From assembly GCA_963816355.1 (NCBI GenBank), contig CAWFKH010000002.1:43454-107453 (forward strand): a stretch of DNA of 64,000 nt. Direction: 5' to 3'. Shown here one piece after another: positions 9,862-18,148 of the stretch; the first letter of the stretch is position 1, and every line of letters starts with the position of its first letter. The notes below the pieces were generated by a model, which worked only from the letters and a program-made list of their open reading frames with translations, did no database searches and was not told the DNA's origin. Position numbers and translations under genes: made by a program. Origin of the DNA: an uncultured Gemmatimonadales bacterium. GTDB taxonomy: Bacteria; Gemmatimonadota; Gemmatimonadetes; Longimicrobiales; RSA9.

Positions 9862-10532
9862 GCGCCGGCCTGCTCCCGCCGGCCGCGCCCGAACCACGCG
9901 ACGGCGGCGAGGAGTCCCGCCAGGGCGCCCGCGGCGGCGTACGTGTACGGCGCCACGCTCAGCCACTGCGCCAGGGACCGCGCGCCCGCGAGCGCCCGCG
10001 CGCCGAGCGGGGCGGCGAGCGCCTTCGCGCCGCCGCGCACCGCGAACGCGATCAGGTTGGTCGCGGCGCCCGCGCCAGCGAGCGCCACGTACGCGCGCGC
10101 CCCGCCGCGCGCCACGCGCAACGCCCCGTCCATGGCGGGACCGAAGACGACGAGCCCGGCCAGCGCGCCCGGTCCCGGCAGGTGCGCGCCGGCGGCGCCG
10201 AGCGCGGCGGCGGCGAGCGCGGCCGCCAGGCCCATGAGCGTGCCCGCGCCGCGCCGCGGCACCAGCGCCAGCCCGCAGCCGAGCGGAAGCGCGGCGAGCA
10301 CCAGAGCGTGACCGGGGATGTGCAGCGGCGCGCGCACGAACGTGGTCGCCGCGGCGGCGGCGAACCCGGCCGCCGCCAGGATCGCGACTTCGGCGACGCG
10401 CGCGGCGTCCGCGGCGCGCGTCGCATCGCCCGCACCCGCGGCGTCCGCCGCCGGGGCAGGATGCGCGAGGCGAGAGAGCCGTGAGCAGCGCCGCAGCGCG
10501 GCATCGAAAGCGAACGGCGACGGCCGCGGCAT
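9858..10532 (-). CDS. Small integral membrane protein resembling an ECF-transporter S component
   Basis: Five to six hydrophobic helices; LHIPGH loop; LVPRRGAGTLMG motif. Confidence 0.55.
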   Translation of the reverse strand: MPRPSPFAFDAALRRCSRLSRLAHPAPAADAAGAGDATRAADAARVAEVAILAAAGFAAAAATTFVRAPLHIPGHALVLAALPLGCGLALVPRRGAGTLMGLAAALAAAALGAAGAHLPGPGALAGLVVFGPAMDGALRVARGGARAYVALAGAGAATNLIAFAVRGGAKALAAPLGARALAGARSLAQWLSVAPYTYAAAGALAGLLAAVAWFGRGRREQAGA

Positions 10533-10554
10533 GGAGTCCCGCTCCGGGCGGCGC

Positions 10555-11274
10555 CTAGCGCCCGCCGATGTGGTCGTCGAGGAAGGCGAGCGCGAGCGCC
10601 CACGACTGGTGCGCCGCCTCGCGGTCGTAGCGTGGCAGGCTCTCGTCGAAGAAGCTGTGCTGCGCGTGGGAGAAGACGACGCTCGCGTAGCGCTTCTCCG
10701 CGGCACGCAGCGCGTCCTCCACCGCGCGCACGTGCTCCGGCAGGATGCGCGCGTCCTGGCCCGCCCAGACGAGAAGCTGCGGGCCGGACAGGGCGCCGGC
10801 GCGGTCGAGGAGCGCCGGCGCGATGCCGCCGCCGTAGTACGCGATCGAAGCCGCCAGCGGCAGGACCGCGTTCGCGAGGAACGCGGCGCGGCCGCCCATG
10901 CAGAAGCCGATCGCGCCGACGTGCTCGGGAGCGATCCCGCCGGGGCCGACGAGCCACGCGTGCGCCGCGCGGAGGTCGGCGCTCTGCCCGTCGACGGTGA
11001 GCGCCTGGATCTGATCCATCGCCTCCTGCAGCCGGTCCATGCTCCCGTCGAACTCCGGCGCGTCGCGGTGGAACAGCTCGGGCGCCACCACGGTGTAGCC
11101 GAGCGCCGCGAAGCGGCCCGCCACCTCGCGCAGGTGCGCATTCACGCCGAACGCCGCCTGCAGGAGCAGCATGCCGCGGAACGGCGCATCGCCCGGTCCC
11201 GCGCGACCCCGCTCCGTCCACGCCCGCATCCGGGAGCCATCCTCCACCTCCAGCGTGATCCACTCGCCTTCCAT
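10555..11274 (-). CDS. Dienelactone hydrolase family protein
   Basis: AFGVNAHLREVAGRFAALGY..APELF; nucleophile motif GFCMGG; WAGQD; HSFF. Confidence 0.92.
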   Translation of the reverse strand: MEGEWITLEVEDGSRMRAWTERGRAGPGDAPFRGMLLLQAAFGVNAHLREVAGRFAALGYTVVAPELFHRDAPEFDGSMDRLQEAMDQIQALTVDGQSADLRAAHAWLVGPGGIAPEHVGAIGFCMGGRAAFLANAVLPLAASIAYYGGGIAPALLDRAGALSGPQLLVWAGQDARILPEHVRAVEDALRAAEKRYASVVFSHAQHSFFDESLPRYDREAAHQSWALALAFLDDHIGGR

Positions 11275-11395
11275 GATCCCTCCCCGCTCCGCGCTTGCGC
11301 CGCGCATCGAACGTGAATCCTTTTCACCGCGTTCCGGCTCTCCATTGCAGGAGCGACGACGCTCCGCAAAACGAACGCCTGGAACCTCGGAGGTC

Positions 11396-11608
11396 ATGAT
11401 GTCGAGCCGGATCTTCACCCGCAACGAGAGCTACGTGGACCGCGGCGTGCGCGTCGCGCTGGGAGTCGCACTCCTGGCCCTCTTCTTCGTCGGGCCGCAC
11501 ACCGCCTGGGGGCTGGTGGGCCTGGTGCCCCTCGCCACCGGCCTCCTCGGGAGCTGCCCGCTCTACACTCTCTTCGGCCTCAGCACGTGCCCGATCCAGA
11601 GCCGCTGA
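11396..11608 (+). CDS. DUF2892 (YgaP-like) membrane protein
   Basis: NESYVDRGVRVALG...GLVPLATGLLGSCPLYTLFGLSTCP; GGAGG RBS. Confidence 0.9.
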   Translation: MMSSRIFTRNESYVDRGVRVALGVALLALFFVGPHTAWGLVGLVPLATGLLGSCPLYTLFGLSTCPIQSR

Positions 11609-12153
11609 AAGCCACCGACGCCGACATCCTGCGGAGGACCGCGGCGGGCGACGGGAGCGCCTTCTCGATGCTCGTCGAACGCCACCAGCCCGCGGTCCTC
11701 CGCTTCCTCGCCGCCGTGACCGATGACGGCGACGCCGCCGAGGACGCGCTCCAGGAGACCTTCATCGCCGCCTGGCGCGCCGCCGCTTCCTTCCGCGGCG
11801 AGGACTCGGCACGTGCCTGGCTGCTCACCATCGCCCGCAACGCCGCGCGCCGGCAGCGCCGCCGCCGCTCCGGCGAGCCGTCCCGCTTCGTACCGCTCGA
11901 CGAGCTCGCCACGTCCGCCGGGTGGGGCGCCACCGACGACGACTTCGCCGCTCGACTCGACGCGCGCGACGCCGTCCACGCCGCGTTCCGCGCGCTGCCC
12001 GCCGAGGAGCGCGAGATCCTGACGCTACGCGAGATGGAAGGCTTCACCGGCGACGAGGCGGCGACGATCCTCGCCCTCACGCTGCCGGCCGCGAAGAGCC
12101 GGCTGCACCGGGCCCGTCTCCACTTCATGGCGCGACTCAGGGAGGCGACGTGA
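11587..12153 (+). CDS. ECF RNA polymerase sigma factor
   Basis: Region 2 AEDALQETFIAAWR..FRGEDSARAWLLTIARN; region 4 LPAEEREILTLRE..AAKSRLHRAR. Confidence 0.93.
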   Translation: MPDPEPLKATDADILRRTAAGDGSAFSMLVERHQPAVLRFLAAVTDDGDAAEDALQETFIAAWRAAASFRGEDSARAWLLTIARNAARRQRRRRSGEPSRFVPLDELATSAGWGATDDDFAARLDARDAVHAAFRALPAEEREILTLREMEGFTGDEAATILALTLPAAKSRLHRARLHFMARLREAT

Positions 12154-12434
12154 AAGCGCACGACCGCGAGGTGGCGGGGATCCGCTGCACGCAGGTCCTC
12201 GAGCTCCTCTCCGACTACGTCGACGGCCAGCTCGACGCCGTCCAGCTCGATCGCATCCGCTCGCACCTTCGCGGCTGCGACTGGTGCGAGAAGTTCGGCG
12301 GCGAGTTCGCGGCCGCCGTCGCGGCGCTGCGCACCGGCGCGAGCACCGCTCCGGACGCGGCCGCGCCCGCCGACCCCGCGCTGCGCCGTCGCCTCGACGA
12401 ACGGCTCGGACGCGAGATCGGCGGGAGCGGATAG
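12150..12434 (+). CDS. Soluble zinc-binding anti-sigma factor (zf-HC2/ZAS)
   Basis: C..VLELLSDYVDG...HLRGCDWC (HxxxCxxC); GTGA overlap with the sigma gene; no TM segment. Confidence 0.85.
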   Translation: MKAHDREVAGIRCTQVLELLSDYVDGQLDAVQLDRIRSHLRGCDWCEKFGGEFAAAVAALRTGASTAPDAAAPADPALRRRLDERLGREIGGSG

Positions 12435-12439
12435 CGCCG

Positions 12440-13888
12440 TCAGCTCTTGTCCAGCGACACCGATCCGGTCGCCGTGCCGCCGCCGTTGAAGAAGACGGTG
12501 AAGTCGATCGCGATGTGCGTCGCCGTGATCGTCCCGGTCGCGTCCCAGTGGTCGATCCCCGCCGACGGCACGTTCACGCCGTGCGCCTCCAGCTTGCCGC
12601 CGCCGTCCACCGTGAGGGTGACGTCGCCGTACACCTGGAGCGTGGCGCTGAGCGAGAAGCCGGTCTGGTCGTAGGCGGACATCGTCGACTGCTGCGGCGC
12701 GCCGCCCTGCCCCAGCACGTTGCCGGTCGAGGAGCTCGTCAGCGTCGCGGTCTGCGCCGCCTCGTCCACCGCGATCGTCAACGACGTCGTGCCGGTCGAC
12801 GCGAACGTGTCGTTGCGCCACGTGCCCGCCCAGCTCCCCACGTACTGCGCCGCGTTCAGCAGCGCCTGCGCCGTCGCCGTGAAGACGACCGGATTGCCCG
12901 CGATGCCGCTGCCCTGCGCCGTCGCCGTCAGCGTGTTCGTCCCGGCGCTCGGACCGAGCGTCCACGACCCGACCCGCGCCACGCCGTCCGCCCCGGTCGT
13001 CGGCGCCGCCCCCGCGACGCTGCCGCCGCCCGCGGTCACCGCGAAGCCGACCGGCACGTCGACGACGCCGTTGCCGAAGCGGTCCGTCGCCTTCACGGCC
13101 GGCGCCACCGCCACCGCCGCGCCCGGCGCCGCGCTCTGCCCGTCCCCTTCCAACGCGGCGAGGTTCGCCGCCACGTCCGCGGTCGCGGTCGCCGAGAACG
13201 TCGCCGGATTGCCGGCGATCCCGTCGCCTGCCGCGGTCGCGGTGAGCACGTTCTCGCCCGCCGCCGTCCCCAGCACCCAGCCGCCCACCGCCGCCTCGCC
13301 CGACGCGTCGGTCGTCTGCGTCGCGCCGGTCACCGAGCCGCCGCCGGACGACGCCGCGAACGTCACCCCCACGCCGGCGACCGGATCACCCAGCGCGTCC
13401 GTCACGCGCACGCGCGGCGCCACCGCCACCGCCGCGCCGACGGTCGCGCTCTGGGCGTCGCCCTCCGCCTTGTCGAGCTGGGCGGCGGGGCCGGCCACGG
13501 AGGTGGCCGTGAACGTGGCCGGGCTGCCGGTCACCGACTCGCCGGCCGCCGTGGCCGTCAGGCTCTGCGCGCCCGCGGCGCCGAGCACCCAGCTGCCGAC
13601 CGCCGCCGTGCCGCTCGCGTCGGTCGTCGCCGTCGCGCCGGTGACCGAGCCGCCGCCGCCGGCCACCGCGAACGTCACCGACTGGCCCGCCACCGCCGCA
13701 CCGGCGTCGTCCTCGATGCGCACCGCCGGCGGCTCCACCACGGACGTGCCGGCAGTCGCGGTCTGGCCATCCCCCGCGGCCTTGCTCATGTGCAGCGTGC
13801 GCGGCGCGGTGCCGTCGGCGTCCTGCTTGCACGACGCGAAGACCGCGAGGAGGAGGAGCGTACCTGCCTGCAGGAGTCGTCTGGTCAT
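12440..13888 (-). CDS. Lipoprotein with about three bacterial Ig-like (Big_1) repeats
   Basis: Lipobox VFASC; repeated GDGQ(T/S)A..G..V...P.V.V.D..G.PV.G..V.F....GGGSV....TT.A.G.A.VG.W.LG units. Confidence 0.85.
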   Translation of the reverse strand: MTRRLLQAGTLLLLAVFASCKQDADGTAPRTLHMSKAAGDGQTATAGTSVVEPPAVRIEDDAGAAVAGQSVTFAVAGGGGSVTGATATTDASGTAAVGSWVLGAAGAQSLTATAAGESVTGSPATFTATSVAGPAAQLDKAEGDAQSATVGAAVAVAPRVRVTDALGDPVAGVGVTFAASSGGGSVTGATQTTDASGEAAVGGWVLGTAAGENVLTATAAGDGIAGNPATFSATATADVAANLAALEGDGQSAAPGAAVAVAPAVKATDRFGNGVVDVPVGFAVTAGGGSVAGAAPTTGADGVARVGSWTLGPSAGTNTLTATAQGSGIAGNPVVFTATAQALLNAAQYVGSWAGTWRNDTFASTGTTSLTIAVDEAAQTATLTSSSTGNVLGQGGAPQQSTMSAYDQTGFSLSATLQVYGDVTLTVDGGGKLEAHGVNVPSAGIDHWDATGTITATHIAIDFTVFFNGGGTATGSVSLDKS

Positions 13889-16098
13889 CGTTCCATGGGT
13901 TCGGGGGTGTGGATCGGCGCACGCCGCGGCGCCCGCCGCCGTCTCGCCGTCGTGGTTGCGACTTCGGGTGAAGCCATCCGGCCCGGCCACCAGTTCCAGC
14001 GCCCGGCGATGGCGAGCACGGCCGGCGCGACCACCAGGCGGACCACCGTCGCGTCGAGCGCCACCGCCACGGCGAGGACGAAGCCCAGGATCCGCATCGG
14101 CACGAGGTCGCCCGCCGCGAACGCGACGAAGATGCTCACCATGATCGCCGCCGCGCCGGTGATCACGCGCGCGCTCCGCGCGACGCCGCGGACGATCGCG
14201 GCGCCGTCGTCCGCCCCCGCGCGCCGCGCCTCGGCGATGCTGCCGACGAGAAAGACCTCGTAGTCCATGCTGATGCCGAAGACGGCGCAGAACGCGAGCA
14301 GCAGCACGGTCGGAAAGAGGCCGTCGAGGGGACCGGCGAGGCCCGCGAGCCGCGCGCCCACGCCGTCCTGGAACACCAGCACCGCCGCGCCGAACGCCGC
14401 CGCCACCGTAAGCAGGTTCAACGCGACCGCCTTCACCGCGATCGCCAGCGAGCGGAAGCCCGCGAGCAGGACGAGGAACGTGCCCGTCACCACGAGCAGC
14501 GCCGTCGCCGGCGCGCGCCCCGCGATCGCCGCCGCGTAGTCCAGGTTGTACGCCGGCAGCCCGCCCACCTGCAGGCGCGCGCCCGCCACACCCGCGACGC
14601 GCGCCGCGTCGGCGCGCCGCACGTCGCGCACGAGGCGCGCGACGTCGGCCGCCGAAGCCGTCGCCGCCGGTGCGACCTCGAGCGCGGCGACGCTCCGGTC
14701 CCGGCTGAGGAACGCGTCCAGCACCCGGGCCGGCACCACCTGCCGCACGATCTCCGGCCGCTGCCCGCCCGAGACGGAGCGCGCCGAGCGCACCGCGCCC
14801 ACGCGCGGGTCCCGCTCCAGCCACGCCTGCACGCGCTCCAGCGCCGCCCAGCCCGCGGGGTCGAGGAGGCGCTCCCCCCGCGGCAGCGAGAGCAGCACCC
14901 GCAGCCGCTCGGCGACGCCGCCGCGGCCGATCGAATCCAGCGCGCGCAGCCCCCGCGCCGACTCCATCGACGCCGGCAGCCAGCCCGCGTCCTCGACCGC
15001 CGGCCGCATCCGCAGCGCCGGCCACGCCAGCAGCAGGAGCGGCGGCAGCGACAACGCCAGCGCGCGCCACGGCCGCCGCGTCACCCGCTCCGCCCAGTGC
15101 GCCCAGCGCGCTTCCGCCGCGGACCCCGCGTCGCTCGCGCCGCCGCGAGCCGGGAGCCGCGCGAGCGCCCCCGGCAGCAGCGTCGTCGCGCACGCGACCG
15201 CCACGGCAACCGCGAGCAGCGCGGCCACGCCCACCGAGCGCAGCTCGCCCACCGGCGCCGCCACAAGCGGCGCGAGCCCCACCGCCACGGTGGCGCCCGC
15301 CAGCGCGATCGTGCGCACGCCGCTCGCCCGCGCCGCCAGCCGCCGGCGGTGCAGCCAGAGCGCGTAGTCGATGCCGAGCGCCAGGCCGAGCAGCGACACG
15401 ACGTTGCGCGCCAGCAGCGTTACCGGCACCAGCAGCGAGACGACCGCGAGGAGCCCGAGCGACACCAGCACGACCACGCCCCCGACCAGCGCCGCCACCA
15501 GAGCGCCCGCGACGCCGCCGAACGCCCACGCGCCGAGCAGCGCCGCCGCCGGCACCGCACGCGCCTCCGCCCGCCGCGCCTCGCGCGCGCCCGTGCGCCG
15601 CAGGTCCACGTCCAGCGCCGCCTGCCCGGTCCACGCGAGGTCCGCCGCCGGAAACACCGACAGCGCCCCGGCGCGCAGCCGCGCCGTCGCGCTCCGCAGC
15701 TGCGGCAGCGCCGAATCCGTCGCGACGCCGTCCCGCAGTCCGACCAGTACGAGCGCGCCCGCGCCAGAGCGGCCCACCAGCAGCGTGTCGAGCGAGCTGG
15801 CCGGCGAGAGCGTGCCCGCCACCGCCGGCAGCGCCTCCAGCGCCGCGACAATGCGCTCCAGCGCCGCGCGGCCGCCGCGCGTGGAGACGGGCGGAAGCCC
15901 GCGCACGACGAGCAGCGCGGAGCGCGCGAACGGCGAGTCGAACTCGCTCGCGAGCCGCCGCTCGACCGCCGCCGCCTCGCTGCCCGGCGCGGCGCTGCCC
16001 GCCCGCAGCCGCCCCTCCAGCCGCTGCGCGAGCGGAAGCGCCGCGAGCGCGGCGAGCGCCCACGCCGCCACCACCAGCCCGTGCCGGTGGCGCGTCAT
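13885..16098 (-). CDS. MMPL family (RND superfamily) transporter
   Basis: GLALGIDYAL; FGISMDYEVFL..IAE; SARVITGAAAIM; DATVVRLVVAPA..WNWWP. Alternative start GTG 16149. Confidence 0.88.
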   Translation of the reverse strand: MTRHRHGLVVAAWALAALAALPLAQRLEGRLRAGSAAPGSEAAAVERRLASEFDSPFARSALLVVRGLPPVSTRGGRAALERIVAALEALPAVAGTLSPASSLDTLLVGRSGAGALVLVGLRDGVATDSALPQLRSATARLRAGALSVFPAADLAWTGQAALDVDLRRTGAREARRAEARAVPAAALLGAWAFGGVAGALVAALVGGVVVLVSLGLLAVVSLLVPVTLLARNVVSLLGLALGIDYALWLHRRRLAARASGVRTIALAGATVAVGLAPLVAAPVGELRSVGVAALLAVAVAVACATTLLPGALARLPARGGASDAGSAAEARWAHWAERVTRRPWRALALSLPPLLLLAWPALRMRPAVEDAGWLPASMESARGLRALDSIGRGGVAERLRVLLSLPRGERLLDPAGWAALERVQAWLERDPRVGAVRSARSVSGGQRPEIVRQVVPARVLDAFLSRDRSVAALEVAPAATASAADVARLVRDVRRADAARVAGVAGARLQVGGLPAYNLDYAAAIAGRAPATALLVVTGTFLVLLAGFRSLAIAVKAVALNLLTVAAAFGAAVLVFQDGVGARLAGLAGPLDGLFPTVLLLAFCAVFGISMDYEVFLVGSIAEARRAGADDGAAIVRGVARSARVITGAAAIMVSIFVAFAAGDLVPMRILGFVLAVAVALDATVVRLVVAPAVLAIAGRWNWWPGRMASPEVATTTARRRRAPRRAPIHTPEPMER

Positions 16099-16135
16099 CC
16101 TTGCGTGCACGCGCTCCGGGCGCCCCTGCGCCGCG

Positions 16136-17179
16136 TCAGCGCGCGCCACCCTCGCCGCGGAAGACCGACTTCGGCATCATCACGTGCACGCCCACGTTGC
16201 CGTCGACGAGCTCCGTGATGTCCACGTCGCCCGCCACCGACGTCAGCATGTAGGCGTCCTCGCGGCTCAGCCCCTTCGCCGCGGCGAGGAAGTCGATCAT
16301 GTTGCGCACCGCCTGCTTCGTCGCCGTCACCAGGTCCGGGTCCATCCCCATGCTGATGTAGTGCGTCGGCGTCTCCGCCCGCGGCCACGCCAGGTGCATG
16401 TCCTTGCGCACCACGATCCGCAGCGTCCCGATCAGCGAGGTCTCCAGCGCCGTGATGTCCACCTCGCCGTTCCCCTGCGCCGCGTGTCCGTCCCCCACCT
16501 CCAGCAGCGCGCCCGGCACCCATACCGGGATGTAGAGCGTCGATCCCGCCGTCAGCTCCTTGTTGTCCAGGTTCCCCGCGTGCAGCGACGGCGGCGCGCT
16601 GCTCACCCTCCCCATCGAGTCCGGTGGCGCCACGCCGATCGAGCCGAAGAACGGCCGCAGCGGCACGTCGATGCCGGGCGCGAAGTGCGCCACCCCCGCC
16701 TGCGCGTCCAGCGGCACGATCTTCATGCGCCGCTCCTGGAAGTCCTCCGGCAGAAAGCCCGATGTGGGCCCGAACGCGTTGTACGCGTAGGGAATCGCCA
16801 GGTCGATCTCCTCGATGTGGACCTCCAGCACGTCCCCCGGCTCCGCCCCCTCCACGTAGATCGGGCCGTCCAGGATGTGCCCGCCCGGACCCTTGTCCTT
16901 CACCTTCTCCACCACCTCCCGCAGCGCGGGTTCCACATCCGCCGGCGCCACCCCCGCCCCCTCCAGCCGCGCCGGCGTCGACGTGATCAGCGTGTGCACC
17001 CGCACCGCGTCCCCGGAACGGATCCGCAGCACCGGCTTCGCCTTCGCCCAGTAGTAGCCGTACGCCACCGTCGACGGCGTCGGCTCCAGCACGGTCGGCT
17101 CCTGCGCCCACGCCGGCACCGCCGCGCCGAGCCCGACCAGCGCGACGATCCATGCCGCCGTGGTCCGCCGCGTCGCCAT
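16136..17179 (-). CDS. Acetamidase/formamidase family protein with signal peptide
   Basis: GHILDGPIYVEGAEPGDVLEV; PFFGSIGVAP; GNLDNKEL; GDGHAAQGNGEV; signal ..VPAWAQ. Confidence 0.9.
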   Translation of the reverse strand: MATRRTTAAWIVALVGLGAAVPAWAQEPTVLEPTPSTVAYGYYWAKAKPVLRIRSGDAVRVHTLITSTPARLEGAGVAPADVEPALREVVEKVKDKGPGGHILDGPIYVEGAEPGDVLEVHIEEIDLAIPYAYNAFGPTSGFLPEDFQERRMKIVPLDAQAGVAHFAPGIDVPLRPFFGSIGVAPPDSMGRVSSAPPSLHAGNLDNKELTAGSTLYIPVWVPGALLEVGDGHAAQGNGEVDITALETSLIGTLRIVVRKDMHLAWPRAETPTHYISMGMDPDLVTATKQAVRNMIDFLAAAKGLSREDAYMLTSVAGDVDITELVDGNVGVHVMMPKSVFRGEGGAR

Positions 17180-17534
17180 CGACGCCGCCGCCGCGACGGC
17201 GGACGCCGCCGGGTGAACCGCGCCGCGATCCCGCTCCACGCACGAGTTCCGCTCCGTCATTGCACAATCCGGGAAGATTGGAGGGTTCGCCGCCCGCACG
17301 GGTCGGCTCGGCCGGCGCGCCGGCCGGCACGCGCCAGCCGGGATCGCTGCACACCCACCGGCGGCGCCGCTTCCGCGCAATAGGCGCGGCCCCTCGCCGC
17401 CGGTCAAGCGAGCCGCTCCGCGGCGCCCCGCGAGGCGCGGCCTGTCGTGGCACGCACCGCCCTTTCGCGCGGCGTTCGGCAGCGCAGCGATCCGCCCGCG
17501 CCCGCCGCGTCCACCGCGCCGGCTACATCGCTAA

Positions 17535-17559
17535 TAAACCGTTGCAGCACAACTGTTTA
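17535..17559. promoter_or_regulatory. AT-rich imperfect palindrome, candidate operator
   Basis: TAAACCGTTG-CAGCA-CAACTGTTTA (arms 9/10 complementary) in the divergent intergenic region. Confidence 0.5.
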
Positions 17560-17634
17560 GTGATACCATGCGAGAGCGGCGCCCGCGCTCCGCTCAAGCG
17601 CCGACGCACGGTGCGACGCACCGCGCCGCAAACC

Positions 17635-17664
17635 TTGACGCACCCTCCGATCGCGGCGTATCAT
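17635..17664 (+). promoter_or_regulatory. Candidate sigma70 promoter for the TonB-dependent receptor
   Basis: TTGACG-N18-TATCAT. Confidence 0.5.
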
Positions 17665-18148
17665 CGGGCATCTTTTCACGCACCTGGATGATTGCGGACC
17701 ACGACGGCGTGATCTCTCTCCCGATGACTGGCACAGGCGCCGGCCGCCCTCACGCGCACGCGAGCGCGCGTGCCACGCCCTTGTTTGCCCGTCACGCCGG
17801 CAGGCATCGCTCGGCGCCGCCGAGCCGGTCCGAGCGGGCCCGTCACGATCCGACGCACCCGGGCGTTCCCTTCGCGGCGGCGGCATCCCTGCCACCGTTG
17901 CGGCCTCGTTGCACAGAGACGGCTTCTTCGCGACCGGCGCCCGATACGCTTCGGTCTCGATTCTCGACCCGTACCCCGATCCTCGTTCCCTGAACTGCGG
18001 AGAAATGCATGAGACGCGAGCCAGTTCGCCTCCCCGGCGGCCTCGCTTTGTGCGTCGTGCCGAAGTGCTCGGCCGAAGCGCACGCGCAGGGTCCAGATAC
18101 CGTCACCGCTTCCCGTTCAACCCCCGCTGTCGTGCCAGGAGGTCGGTC

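Noticed and set aside
12440..16063. A 1207-aa single protein
   Set aside because: Only the part from 13888 down looks coding; the upstream part is an alternate frame of the MMPL gene.
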